A DNA stretch of 58,784 nucleotides, the filler included, from Sphacelaria rigidula (Eukaryota), in the NCBI GenBank assembly GCA_964200075.2. It is 6 parts of 6 records of this genome, joined end to end, with 100 filler letters (N's around TTAATTAATTAA, not from the genome) between each part and the next. Parts side by side here need not be neighbours in the genome. Positions count along the whole stretch, not along the records: positions 19,630 to 29,343 come from CAXNAA020007909.1; positions 29,444 to 39,157 come from CAXNAA020007910.1; 4 more parts are not named here. One strand, 5' to 3'. A program made the translations under genes and the position numbers. Under the pieces are notes generated by a model. It saw nothing but the letters and a program-made list of their open reading frames with translations, made no database searches and was not told where the DNA came from. Position 1 is the first letter of the stretch. Every line of letters starts with the position of its first letter. This document shows positions 23,860-35,900 of this stretch, piece after piece.

Positions 23860-26753
23860 TGTGACGCCAGCCAGAAGAAGGACTGGTGTATCATTGCTGT
23901 TGAGGGACTCCCCAGTCTCACTAGCCTCAGTTTCAGTTCTCAGCCTTTACAACATCCTCGTTATCATGGAGTGCCCTCGTAGGCACAACCTCCTAGCTAG
24001 TGGGCCACTCTCGCCCACGTACAAGACGTCAAAATGAACGACTTCATTCGGCATGGTCCCATGAACCGTTTCGCCGAGCGGGCGGGGAACAACATCGCCC
24101 GCCCTCGAGTCAGTACAGTGAAGACACTGGGAGACAAATTCGCGCACACTAGTTTCTATCCCCTACCAGACACAAAACTCTTGCAAGCGCCTGAGCGCCG
24201 CAGTCACACCACGATGCCCGGCGTCGGGCATGTGCGCGCGAATCATCAGACGTACCTGCATCTGCTTGTCAGAGCTTGGAATCCACAAAACATTTCGACC
24301 ACGCACATGCACACGAAATTGACCTTCATTGTCCAAGATAGCAGTATCAACGAACGTCCGACTCGAAAGGTTGCACGTCCGCATCTTCGGACCCAAGGTC
24401 TTCTCGTTGCGCTTTGCGAACAACAGGTTTGGACGGCATCGAGTCATCAGGTTCGCACAGACCATACGCAGCCACAGCATGCACAGAGATTTGAATTGCA
24501 ACTGTAGGCACCTACATCAGATGCATCCGGAAACATGAACACCTGACAATCACGACGAGGATGGAACAGCGCCACGACGTGAACGCCAGATCCTTCGCTG
24601 TCGCCCACGCCTGCAGCCTGCCCTCCGCCCACGATGCAGCCTTCTTCGGAAACGCCATATCTGGACTGCACCACCCCGCCTGCAACTTCCATAACAACAA
24701 CCCGAGCGCCAACAGAGCCGTCATGCACAACGCCAACCAACTCGACTTCACTGGATCGTACCACCGCGGCTTCGTCTTCACCGCAGACGCCCCAGGATTT
24801 GCCTGAACACGCATGGGCTCCACGCGCGCAGGAGGATCGCCCCGCAGCGCACGACGAAACGCGTTGACGCGGCAATACCATATGCCGCGCAGGCGCTCCA
24901 CTTTTGAGACGCCGAGGCCTTTCGCCCCGGCATCCGTCACGCTTTCCTCTAGCGCGACCCTCCGAGCGGGCTCCTCTTCCGCCAGAATCATTCACATCTC
25001 CAGGCCGCGCTCTACCGAGCGTTCCACCGCCTCGTTCCGCTCCTCGGTCACCTGCCCTCCAGCCTCCTGAAAAGCATCCACCGACGAGCTCACGCGACGA
25101 CTGCCCAAAACGGCGGGCGTCTCCAAGCGCGGACCAGGCGGAGACATCCGCATCTTCATGGAGTCCCACAACCGCCGAGCGTCGACTCCAAGATCCTGAA
25201 GCGTCGGCAGCACCAGAAGAATAACGCCATCCGACCCCGGCATGATCGCAAACGAGATCGGAGGTAACTGCGCCGGCCCCCAGGAAGTCGTGAAAGTCAG
25301 CTGCAGCCGAACAGTACGCTCTGTGACGTAAGTGGGCGCCTGAATCTCACTTAGCCCAAACCGCAATGGCGCCACGCTCCCGTTGATTTGGGAGACACAG
25401 CTCCGCAGGAACGTATCTGTCCGCAAACTTCACTGACAATTTATTCGCCGAGCGACGGGCCGCTAATCCCACTTGACGCCACGGCTGTGCAAGCTGCGCA
25501 GGCAAAGACGCCCCGGCAGGTTCAAACGGCACCGCCGGTGGGACCAAGAATTTGGCGAACCTCCGACCAGGGCATTAACCGACGTCGCGCCCGGCGCTGC
25601 TGCCGGTGTCGCCGCCGGCGCAACCACCGGCGCCGGCGCTGCGTTCGACATTGTAGACGTTGGTCCCACCTGCACCGCCCGTTGCGAAGCAGCAGCACCT
25701 ACAGCGACGCCGGACCCAGACCCAGACCCATGCTGACCCCCCTGCTGCCCCTGCCGCTGAGGACTCGACTACGATCCTCCACCGCCGGAGGATCCGCCGC
25801 CGCCACCCCGATTACCTCGTAATTTTCCCTTGTGTTGACGATGCTGATGGCGCGCGGCATCAGACTGCCCAGACCCTCCACCGGAAAACGTTTGGCAATC
25901 GCGCGCGTAATGGCCGACCTGGCCACAACAGTGGCAAGTGCCCGCCGCATACCCAGCATTCTTTTAGATCGCCGCAACCAAGTGTGGCGGGGTGACCGTG
26001 ATATGTTTATGTTCCAAACGAGCAAGCACTCTCTGCACATGAGTCGGCACTTGTTAAGCCATTGGCACCACCTGATGCCGCACTTCACTCCCTGCGTTAG
26101 CGTGCTCCACACGCTTCTTCTCTCCAAGTACTTCGTGTAAAAAGTGTGAGATGCACTCTCTGAGTACCTATCCTCGTATTAGGGAGGTCGCAACTCTTCC
26201 CGCATGACCACGGGTGTCGAGTTAGCTGTAACCGGCTTCCTGCGAACCTTTTGCAGGCCAGCGGACCTTTGCGAATTGCACTTTTCCTTGCTTCGTCGCC
26301 GCACTACACAGTTGTAGGAGCCTCTAAACTCCCGCTACACGCAGCTTCAGCAAGTCTCCAGTCTAGATCAATCACAGGCCAGCCGCCTCTCTGCAGCTGC
26401 CTCAGCTGCAACCCTCTCCACGCGTCCGTGGTTGATCAGGTTTCCACAGCTACTAGACTCCTACCGAAATCCTTTCCAGCAGGTTTCTAGCACTAACACT
26501 AGCACTCATATCGATATTGTGACGTCAGTAAGAAGAAGGACTGGTGTATCATTGCTGTTGAGGGATTCCTCAGTCTCACTGGCCTCAGTTTCAGTTGTCA
26601 GCCTATATAACATCCTCATTATCATGGAGTGCCCTCGTGGGCACAACCTGCTAGATACGCTAGTGTCCCCGGTCATTACGCAGATCATCACTACCAACTG
26701 TCATTATCCAGATCATCACTACCAACTCAACGTAACGGCGTATTTTCGTCACA
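23860..26753 (-). mobile_element. Ty3/gypsy LTR retrotransposon, internally deleted (non-autonomous)
   Basis: There is a complete LTR at 26518-26753 (TGTGACG...CGTCACA) and a truncated copy at 23860 to about 24000, with a 4-bp TSD GGGC (23856-23859 / 26754-26757). Minus-strand relics run in gypsy order: gag knuckle CHCCGQVGHYARDC (about 25900), protease tail, RT start (GDPPARVEPM...WCSP..FPKK), RNase H start (FPDASD), integrase HHCC (AHMPDAGHRG...CLHC) and PNEVVHFD. Confidence 0.92.
26518..26753 (-). repeat. Gypsy 5' LTR (236 bp)
   Basis: Bounded by the 7-bp inverted termini TGTGACG/CGTCACA. The first ~140 bp are directly repeated at 23860-24000. Confidence 0.9.
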
Positions 26754-27020
26754 GGGCTATCCCTAGCATATTGGAATAGTAATCCTGGGGTATTCTCGCA
26801 TACTTCATACGTCGTGTTTCGGATGAGATAAAGGGCTCCTACCGGTTCAAACTCAGAAAATATATTGATGCACCCCCACCGTAGTAGCACTACGTGTCCG
26901 TGTATGTCAGTAATACCTGCACAGAATACATGTGTGCCAGTGACCAAAACGCTTGAATAGAGTATGCAAAACATCTGTCCTAAGGAGGCGTCGTAGAAGC
27001 ACTCTATATCATACTGATCC

Positions 27021-27348
27021 CGTACTGTATTGGCTTTACTGTACTGTACTGTATTGAAATGTACTGTCCTGTCCTCTGCTGTCCTGTCGTGTCCTGTACT
27101 GTACTGTGCTGTACTGCACTGTGTTGTGCTGTGCTGTGCTGTGCTGTGCTGTGCTGTGCTGTGCTGTGCTGTGCTGTGCTGTACTGTACTGTCCTGTCCT
27201 GTCCTGTCCTGTCCTGTCCTGTCCTGTCCTGTCCTGTCCTGTCCTGTCCTGTCCTGTCCTGTCCTGTCCTGTTCTGTCCTGTTCTGTTGTGTCCTGTTAT
27301 GTCCTGTTCTGTGCTGTACCGTACTGTTCTGTGCTGCACTGTTCTGCT
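27021..27348. repeat. Compound pentanucleotide microsatellite (CTGTA/CTGTG/CTGTC/CTGTT)n
   Basis: Directly visible blocks of each variant. Confidence 0.95.
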
Positions 27349-28035
27349 GATGGACACGCATGATTCTCGCGGTATTCTTGACAGCGAGGTTTGGGTTCAT
27401 GCCTGACCGAATGAGATTAAAGTGGACGAGCAGGATGGATCGGGGCTGCACACGTGGACAAATAGCACCCTGTATGACGAGCTGCACAGGGTTCTCCACA
27501 GTCTTTGTGAAAACCCCTGTGTAGCATTTGCAAACCCTAGTACCTGTGATAGCATTTTGCATTAACTCATCGTGGTATCTTACCTGATACCGTGGTACGG
27601 CTGGGGAACGAAATGTCGAGGTGCCGATACTGAAATCGGCATTTCATCATCATCAGTCTCTTTTTTGTGAAACTCCAGCTGGCTGGACCAAACCGTTAGG
27701 TTCTCGGCTTTCTCGAGGAACCGGTTCTGCTTGTTGGTTCTTAATTATTGGCTCTAACTTTCATTTCTCGCCAAAATAAAATACGTCTTCAAACGGCAAT
27801 TTTGGTCCTCCTCTGCTGCACGATGTGTTGGTATTTTCGACAGGAAGCCTGGATGAAATGAAAGCTGCATTCGCCACCATTCATTTGATATCATGAAGGA
27901 CATCATCATTTTGCTGTGTGACTTTCCTGATGTCGATACCAAGCTCTGCAAAATTATCGCAATGACGGAAAACACAAAAATGAGGGCGGCGGTGAAATCC
28001 CCCTCTCTGTGATGAAGGAAAAAACACCAATCTTA

Positions 28036-28503
28036 GGCCGGATGTTATGGCACACAGAGTTTTGGTCCACGGATTGTTCCCTTTTGGACGTTTGACCCAT
28101 TTTTTTACCCCGAAACAAGGAAAATCGCCAACACACGTCTCGGACACTTTGCATCACCCCACAGCGAGGTGCCTAGCCTATACTTTTCAGATTCGCTTTG
28201 CTCCGAGGGTACGAGATCGGCCGCTGAACAATAATTCGTGTACAATAATCTGTGCTTGCCGACCCCCGCCAGTTTGCCCAATAATCTGTGGAGATCGCCG
28301 TAGATTTTCTTGTACACGGACTACTGTTCAGTCGCCGAACTCGAAACCGTGGAGCCAAGCGAATATAAAAAGTGGACTCGGATCGTCTCTGTGGGGTGAT
28401 GCAAAGTGTTCAAGATGTGTGTTGGCGATTTTCCCTGTTTGGGGGTCAACAAATGGCTCAAACCTCCCAAAATTAAACAATCCGTGTGCCATAACATCCG
28501 GCC
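28036..28503. mobile_element. Tourist-like (PIF/Harbinger) MITE
   Basis: TTA|GGCCGGATGTTATGGCACAC ... GTGTGCCATAACATCCGGCC|TTA, with imperfect inverted arms of about 130 bp. Confidence 0.88.
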
Positions 28504-29573
28504 TTACTATCAAATAGTAAGCGACACCTGTTCAGAGTTCACCGCACGAGTAAGGGTCGAAGAAAAACCCACAGAACCGACTGAAGCTTGCAGCAAAGCA
28601 CGCCGATGTATTTTTGTCGGCACCATGTATTAGATGGACACTCACTGCTCAAATAGAACTACGGTATGACCCGCCGATCCTATCGTGTGACATACACCTC
28701 GCAGTGAAAACTCAAGCCAACAGAGGATTCTGAAAATTGAGGTTGAACAGTAACATGAGGTTCAAGTGTCCTTCCAAAACCCCAGGTTATATGCGATACA
28801 GCATTGCCAAAGGAATGTATTTTTGCAAAACAAGTTTCGATTGTAGATGAGCAGATGTGGCTCGGTACACGGAATGCATGCGGTATACACGCGTGTCGAT
28901 ACCGATAACACCGGAGGAACAACGGCGGGGAGGAAGCTCCTCGTCTGTGTCTTTTGCAAGTCCTCGTTCGACGATTCCCAAGAGCTCGAGAGATTGGCAT
29001 CATGCTACCAGTACATAACCAGTTTGCTATGCGCCGCCAGGCGGGTTATTGTAGCACAGCCCCCAAAACGAGGTCGGGATGCCGAGAGTTGTTTCTTATT
29101 TGTGGCGATGACCAATGCAAAGATCGATTCATTTCTGCCTCTCCTGTTAACAGCCGATTATAAAATTTGGGGTTGATTTCCAAAATGGGGTTAAAAAGGC
29201 ATTTCTCTCTTGCAGGGAAGACGCAAAACACTAGCGACCTAGCGAAGCCATTTCCCCCCCCGAATGTCCGCAGCAGTTGAGCAGCTGTGGCTAGGTGCAT
29301 CTAACGAATGCGGTACACACGCGTGTCGATGATGATATCACCANNNNNNNNNNNNNNNNNNNNNNNNNNNNNNNNNNNNNNNNNNNNTTAATTAATTAAN
29401 NNNNNNNNNNNNNNNNNNNNNNNNNNNNNNNNNNNNNNNNNNNTGCGTTTCCAAACTCAAAAAATAAATGGTTGAAGACACTCCTGTCGGTGTTTTTTTT
29501 TTTCACTCATTCCCTCATTTTTTTCCCGCCTATTTCCTTGTTTCGTTGTTTGAATTACTTTGTTCGTGTTCTA

Positions 29574-29655
29574 TATGTATGTATGTACGTACGTATGTAT
29601 GTGTGTATGTATGTATGTATGTATGTACGTACGTACGTACGTACGTACGTATGCA
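29574..29655. repeat. Tetranucleotide microsatellite (TATG)n/(TACG)n
   Basis: Directly visible. Confidence 0.9.
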
Positions 29656-30771
29656 CGCATGCGCGTACAAACGTATGTACTGACTGTCGCACTTTAACTG
29701 ACCTCCCTGGGATCCAGCCGTGGTCACATGTATAAACCGCAAAACACGGCGTTAAGTAGTTACGGGCGCAACCACAGTATACAACCCCCGATACGTTGAA
29801 TACCACACTTGGGTGACTAGTTTCCGGCAGTAAATTGGCACCCATGTTGGTATCTACAGAGTTGTATTCTGGTACGTCCCATATTATTCAAAAATAGAGA
29901 TGAAATCATTCTACCAGTCCTTCATTTGCGTGAGGGCAACGATGTTCGGTGAAGAGTGTATGGTATGGTAACGAACACTCAATCGCCATATGCAGTATTC
30001 CACCACAGCCAATATTTGCGCACAGGAGTGAACACATGAAAAACGGATTATTTGAGGTGGGTGCTACCCCAGTTTCGGTGCAAGTAGGCCATGGTTGATA
30101 CATTCTTCGTTTTTATCAGGCCATGACGCTAACACTAATCCAAACCTCAATTCCAACCTACGGCAGCCCAAACAAAACTTGTCGCACACGCTACGCGCAA
30201 GGCAAGTCAACGCTGGTGACTGTGAGGCCTCCAAAGAGCCGAATGCGATGTTGTAAACTAACACCAAGTATACATTCAGCCATTGCCTATTTTCGCCATA
30301 CTGGAATAACTTTACTGGATTATGTGAAACACTTCATTCAGAGAGAAATATGGTCCACGATTGTGATGGTTCTGCGGTACGGGACATATCACCCCCGCCG
30401 TCCTCTTGGCATATGCGACCCTTGGATGATACCCAAAAAGTCATCATCCGGGGGGTCGTGCATGCCACCACCTTTAGTACAATCCTTTTCGGGTGTTGGA
30501 TTTCAATATAATAGTATGCAGGAGTAGGGAGTTGGTGTTCCGGGGCATGCTTTTTATTTTTGACTACTGTTGTATTCCACTTTGACTCTGAATCTGGTTC
30601 TCGGTATCGTCGATTTTGTTGATATCGTTTACTCCGGAGTATATAGTTGAATTGGTCGTTGTGTTGATTCCGTCAATTCTGTCGATGATGTCAATTCCGT
30701 CAGTTCTGTCTATGCTTTTTTTGTTTTATTTTTTTGACATTTCCCTCAACTTTTTGTGGTCCATACAACAG

Positions 30772-32875
30772 GTGGTGGCATCAGCCATCGTGGACAAGTA
30801 TATCGGAGAGAGTGCTCGCGTGGTGCGGGAGATGTTCGGCTATGCCAAGGTTAGTAATACTGCATGGCACGCGCCACCTACGACCCCCATTGAGCTGTCG
30901 CCCTTGTGGGCGACAGGCCCAATGCTGAGACATGATAACTTCTTGATAGCAGCGCTTGTCGCGGACAGCGCGGGATCCAGGGCGGTCTTTATCGTACTGA
31001 TGGCGTTTCGTTGTATGTTGCATTGCCCAACTCATGCGGGTAGGTGGATGTCGTTAGACTTGGCGTCACCGGAGTGTTTCCCACTATTACTGAACACTAT
31101 CGGAGCGTTTCACGGTTCGGACGAATCGTCCTCAGTTCGAATCGCCAATTCCACGACTTCTCGGGCCTGATTCCTCAACTAGGAGATAAAACGGTTACCA
31201 ATGGCCTAAGGCGCAATGTTTTCGCCATTCCACGCGCCTGGGCTGTGCGTAGCTGGGCTGCAACGCTGAAAACAAAGCCTACGGATTGATTCGTGCGGTA
31301 CGAATCAATTACACTGAAATCAAGTAATTTCCAGACGAATCATTAATTCGTCCGACGCGTGAAGCGTTCCACACGTCTTCGCTCTACTCTTGACGGAAGA
31401 AATAGCTACACTTTGAAAGAAAAAATATTGAGACCATACGATTACTCATGAGCACCATTGGGATTGTTTCGGTTGAGCGAGAATGTCGGAGAGCCTTTCC
31501 TGTTCGGATGTGTACTCGTAGGACCCCCGACGATCGGTGGACCCGTCACTCAGTTCAAAGTGATGGTAGAGATGACTTCCCCGAAGAAATGAGTACTGGG
31601 TCCTCTCATTTCTCGATCCCGAAAATTCGGCATTGAAAGTTCACCGTGATGTCATGATAACCGGAGAATCCGAGCAAATCCCTTTCAATCGAGATGCCGC
31701 CGTTTTGATTGAAAGTTGACCACTGCTTACTACTGTAGAGTATACATACACGAACCTCTCCCCTCCCGCTCCCGTCCCTCCCGTCTCCCCGCTCATGGTT
31801 TCGTCATACTCCACTCGTCGTGTTCGTTGCTCAGGATCACCAACCGTGCGTGATTTTTATGGATGAAATCGATGCCATCGGGGGAAGTCGATTTTCGGAG
31901 GGCACGTCCGCGGATAGGTACTTTTCACGTGTGCATGTGCACTTATAGCTTTTTTGGTGGTTCAGGTTTCTTCTCTTGTTTATTGAACATGTGTGTATAC
32001 GTGTCTGGTTCTTTATTAAATGTATCCTTCTTGTACGGGGTGCCTTGAGGCTGACGATTTTGAAGGACGCCTTTTCATGCGGGTATGGTTCGATATATCC
32101 CCCATTTTCACTGTGTACATTTTTGTCGCTCGAATTCGAGATGTCCAGACCTGTGCACACGTGGAAGATACGGAAATGGTACCCATGTTTGATCCACGTT
32201 GTGTCTCTTGCATGCACGCGGACATCAGCGCAAAGAACGGCAGCACAGACAGCTGCGAACACAGAATAGTCTGTAGTGCACCCTCTCTCGGTTGTCTCAT
32301 TTAAGCCTACACTACCAATCATCAGCACCCATAGACATCGGCTGCATATCGTACGGGTTGTAGGATGGTGTTGGTACAAATTAGGACGCACTATGTGCCC
32401 TCTCGAGCGAGCGCTTTTCGGCCTAAGTTGCGATTTTAAGGTGCGGACAATAAATTTCAACCCTCGCCGGAACAAGCATTCCCCTTTTGACAGGGGACGG
32501 GGGGACAGCTGTGTAAAAGATGAATTATGTGGACGTTTTCGTATTTCCCTCATATTCCCCGAAGACGTCCGCACCGTACATGACGCCTCTCTCGAACGGT
32601 ATGCTAGTGGTGATGAACATAACTTACAAGTCACGCTGCGCTACACTAGAACTGGTATTGATTACTTCGCAACCTTGTGATGCCGTTATATGTATATGTA
32701 TATATACATATACTTCCTCCGTCCCATAAGTTGGGTGAACCGTGAGGTGCAGGTCAAGATCATGTCTTCCCGACAGGGGTTGTGAGCATGCAATGGTTGA
32801 GTTAGTGAGAAAGACATGACGCAGATGATGCCATCTAAAAAACAAGTTGGAGCTATACTTCTATGTAAAGTACAG

Positions 32876-32914
<39 letters not shown>

Positions 32915-35900
32915 AAGAAATAGAAAAAGGGGGGGGGGGGGGGGGGGGAGGAGGGGGAGGGGGGGGTGGAGGGAGNNNNNNNNNNTTTTGTAAAGTTGAG
33001 TGGGCGGGGTGGGTGGACGAGTGGGGGGCGCAGGGCGGGGGGTGTCGGGAGAGGAAATGTATAAGGACATACCGGGGTGGGGTGAGGGCACAGCAGGAGG
33101 CGGGGACGTCGAAAACGGCGGCAAAGCACGATGAGGAGACCGTCAAAACAGCTTGGAAGTATCTATATCTAGAATGGAGCCCCAGTGATGACGAGGACTG
33201 TTCACTACTTTTTCTTCATTTTTCCTGCTCCGATGCATTTCAGCCCTCGTAAGAGAGGGCAAAGTACGGCTGTTTTGAGGCTGACTCCATTTTTTCCCGG
33301 CCGTTCGGCCGCATGGTGGAATTGGACGTCAGTTAAGGAGGGAAAGAGGTTCGACTGAAAATCGCTCATGAAAATATTCAAAAGTCAAAGAAACAATCGG
33401 ATGCTGTTTAGGCCCTGCATGTAGTGTAGCTAACTAATGGGGTAAAATCATTATGCAACTCGTGTCTTGCAATACATCGACCAGCGTGCATTCGAATGTT
33501 CTTCTCGCTCCATGTGTCTCACCTAATTGTTGTAACCGTGATAGACGTGACCCGAAGATCGTTCCATTTCCTTTTTTTCCCCCCGTCTCATGTTCGTTTT
33601 GTCTCCATTGTATTCTCCCTCGCTTTGCCGTCTTTTTTTTTCAAAGGGAAATTCAACGCACGTTGATGGAGCTGTTGAACCAACTGGATGGTTTCGAAGA
33701 TCTTGGCCAGGTCAAGATGGTCATGGCCACAAACAGACCAGGTGCGTACGAATGTGTATTTAAGCAGCGCTGAAAGATCGATTTTGCTTTCCTTTTCCAT
33801 CAAACGCGCTATCCTCCAAACCGAACACACGAGATAAATTTCAAGAGCTCGTTCGTACAGGAGAGTGTGTTTATTTATGTTCCTATTTTGTTGGCGCATG
33901 GGTGATAAGACTGCGCCTGTTCGTCTGTGGTGCGGTCCTGCTTGTATTTTATCGTCGTCGGAGTACTCTGAAACCTTGTCCACGTGAGCCGTCGAGTTTG
34001 GTCTGTTGTTATTTACTCATGTCCTTCATTTGACCAGTCATGATCCATGCAGGCAATCTGCACACCGCGCTCCCTCCCGAGATGTTCTAATCATTCGGTC
34101 ATGATTTTGCCCAGTTGCCGTTTGTCTTTGATCCATGAGCATTCAATGAAGTAATGACTTGGCAAAATAGTGTATGGGTAGCTAGCTGTATCGGTGCTGG
34201 TTCTCCTTGATTTCGTTTTTTACCTTGTCGGGCGCCACGGGGGTGAGTTCGTGGTATGTCGGGTTTATTCTAGTGACTGGGGCTGCGGACTTCAGTACAG
34301 ACGCGAGCATATGAGTGGCTGTTGGGGCGGTGAGTTGTATTCGAGACTTCACCCAGGTGATCAGAGGAAATAGAGATACTTCACCACGGAGATATCCTCA
34401 AACGCGCGCCATTCTGAGGCGTTCATCCTTCAAAGCGCGTGCTAGGTATTCGAACCTTTGCTCCACTGATGATCGCGTGAGTTCGTAGAGGATGTTTTTT
34501 GTAGGCGAAGTTGGGCACCGAATAAACATGGACGCTTAGCAGGAGTGTTGCAAGGAAGCTTTTCAACCCACGGGCGTACGGCGGCTTCTTATCATGGTTG
34601 AGGGGAAGATAGCTTGCATGATTTTACTGCTGTGTTGAGCCGTCTTGCCACGGTAAGGATACTACTGACCGTGGCTCGTGCATGAAAAGTTTTGACGCGC
34701 GGTATGTTTTTAGCAACATCCGTATTTATGTAGGCGTTGTCCCTCCTACACCAATAACTATTCCGACCTCCTCTCAAGGGCCGGTTAACTTAGCGTCCAA
34801 CGAGGGGTTCGGGCGTTTTGAAACATTAACAACGTTATTGTCATTGTCCAATCGGACCTTGTTTTGTTTACCGATCGATTGCTGCAGATATCCTTGATCC
34901 CGCCCTCCTGCGTCCGGGGCGCTTGGACCGTAAGATCGAGATCCCTCTGCCAAACGAAACTTCCCGACTCGACATCATCAAGATCCATTCCGCGCCGATC
35001 ACCAAGCGTGGGGAAATCGACTTTGAGTCTGTTGTCAAGGTAAGAATGTAGAGAGGGAAATGTTTGTACTCGGTCAGTTGATCGTCAAGTACCTGCTGTT
35101 TTTTTGGGGGAGGGGTGGGGGTTAGAGCGCTCTCAGATTAATATTGTGCCCAAGTTTGGACTCCATTGTATGGGTGAAGCTTGGTGCCGATTCGACACAC
35201 GAGAACACCCCTGGTGAGTGATGAATGGTTTGATGCGTAGAAAATATGTATGGGTGGGGGAAACTGCTACAAGAGTACAAGTGCGTCAAGCAAAACATCA
35301 TTTTTACAATGTCTTGTCCCCCCGTCATACCTCCAACCGCCCTGCTTCCTTGAAATTAGCCCGTGGTCTCGAGAGGATCGTCCTGACTCTTGGTATTTAC
35401 CTAGCATTTTGGTAACGCGGACTTTGATGAGCACTCTCTCACCGCGTAGGCTGTCGTCGGAGTTTACATGCTACCCGTGTCTTCTCGCTTCCAGAGACGG
35501 AAACTAGATTCTGCTAAATGAGATCATATCAGTCGAAATTTAGATCCGCGATGTCATGCCTCGATGGTTTGACTGACTTTGTTTGACGAGAGTCGAGGCG
35601 CTGGTGTAGTACTGATCAACGTCCAGCGGGGCAGAGGGGGTAATTGTGTCATTGCTTTACGTCGAAAGTGTTGCTTGTTTATCTGTTTCTGCGTGGAACG
35701 CGATGGTGGGCCTCGGAATTCTGTCATTTTTTCCTCTTCAACCCCAAACGTCCTTGCCTTGTTTCTATTTGTATTGGAAAACGGATCTTCCGGAGGACAC
35801 AGTGAAGTAAGCTTGTTTGCTCGGACTTTTGTCGACATTGTTCAGCAGTTGCGAGGGGTTTGTTTTGTGGCCTTGAATGTCGACCTCGTCCTCCACCTCC

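Noticed and set aside
26660..27562. 300-aa ORF and overlapping Cys-rich ORFs (QDRTG / CCAVL repeats)
   Set aside because: These are translations of a pentanucleotide microsatellite that lacks stop codons.
32884..32985. Poly-G/poly-C tracts (also 5557-5586 and 48865-48960) as G-quadruplexes or poly-Pro ORFs
   Set aside because: They are homopolymer runs, two of them next to Ns or a contig end, so the sequence is unreliable.
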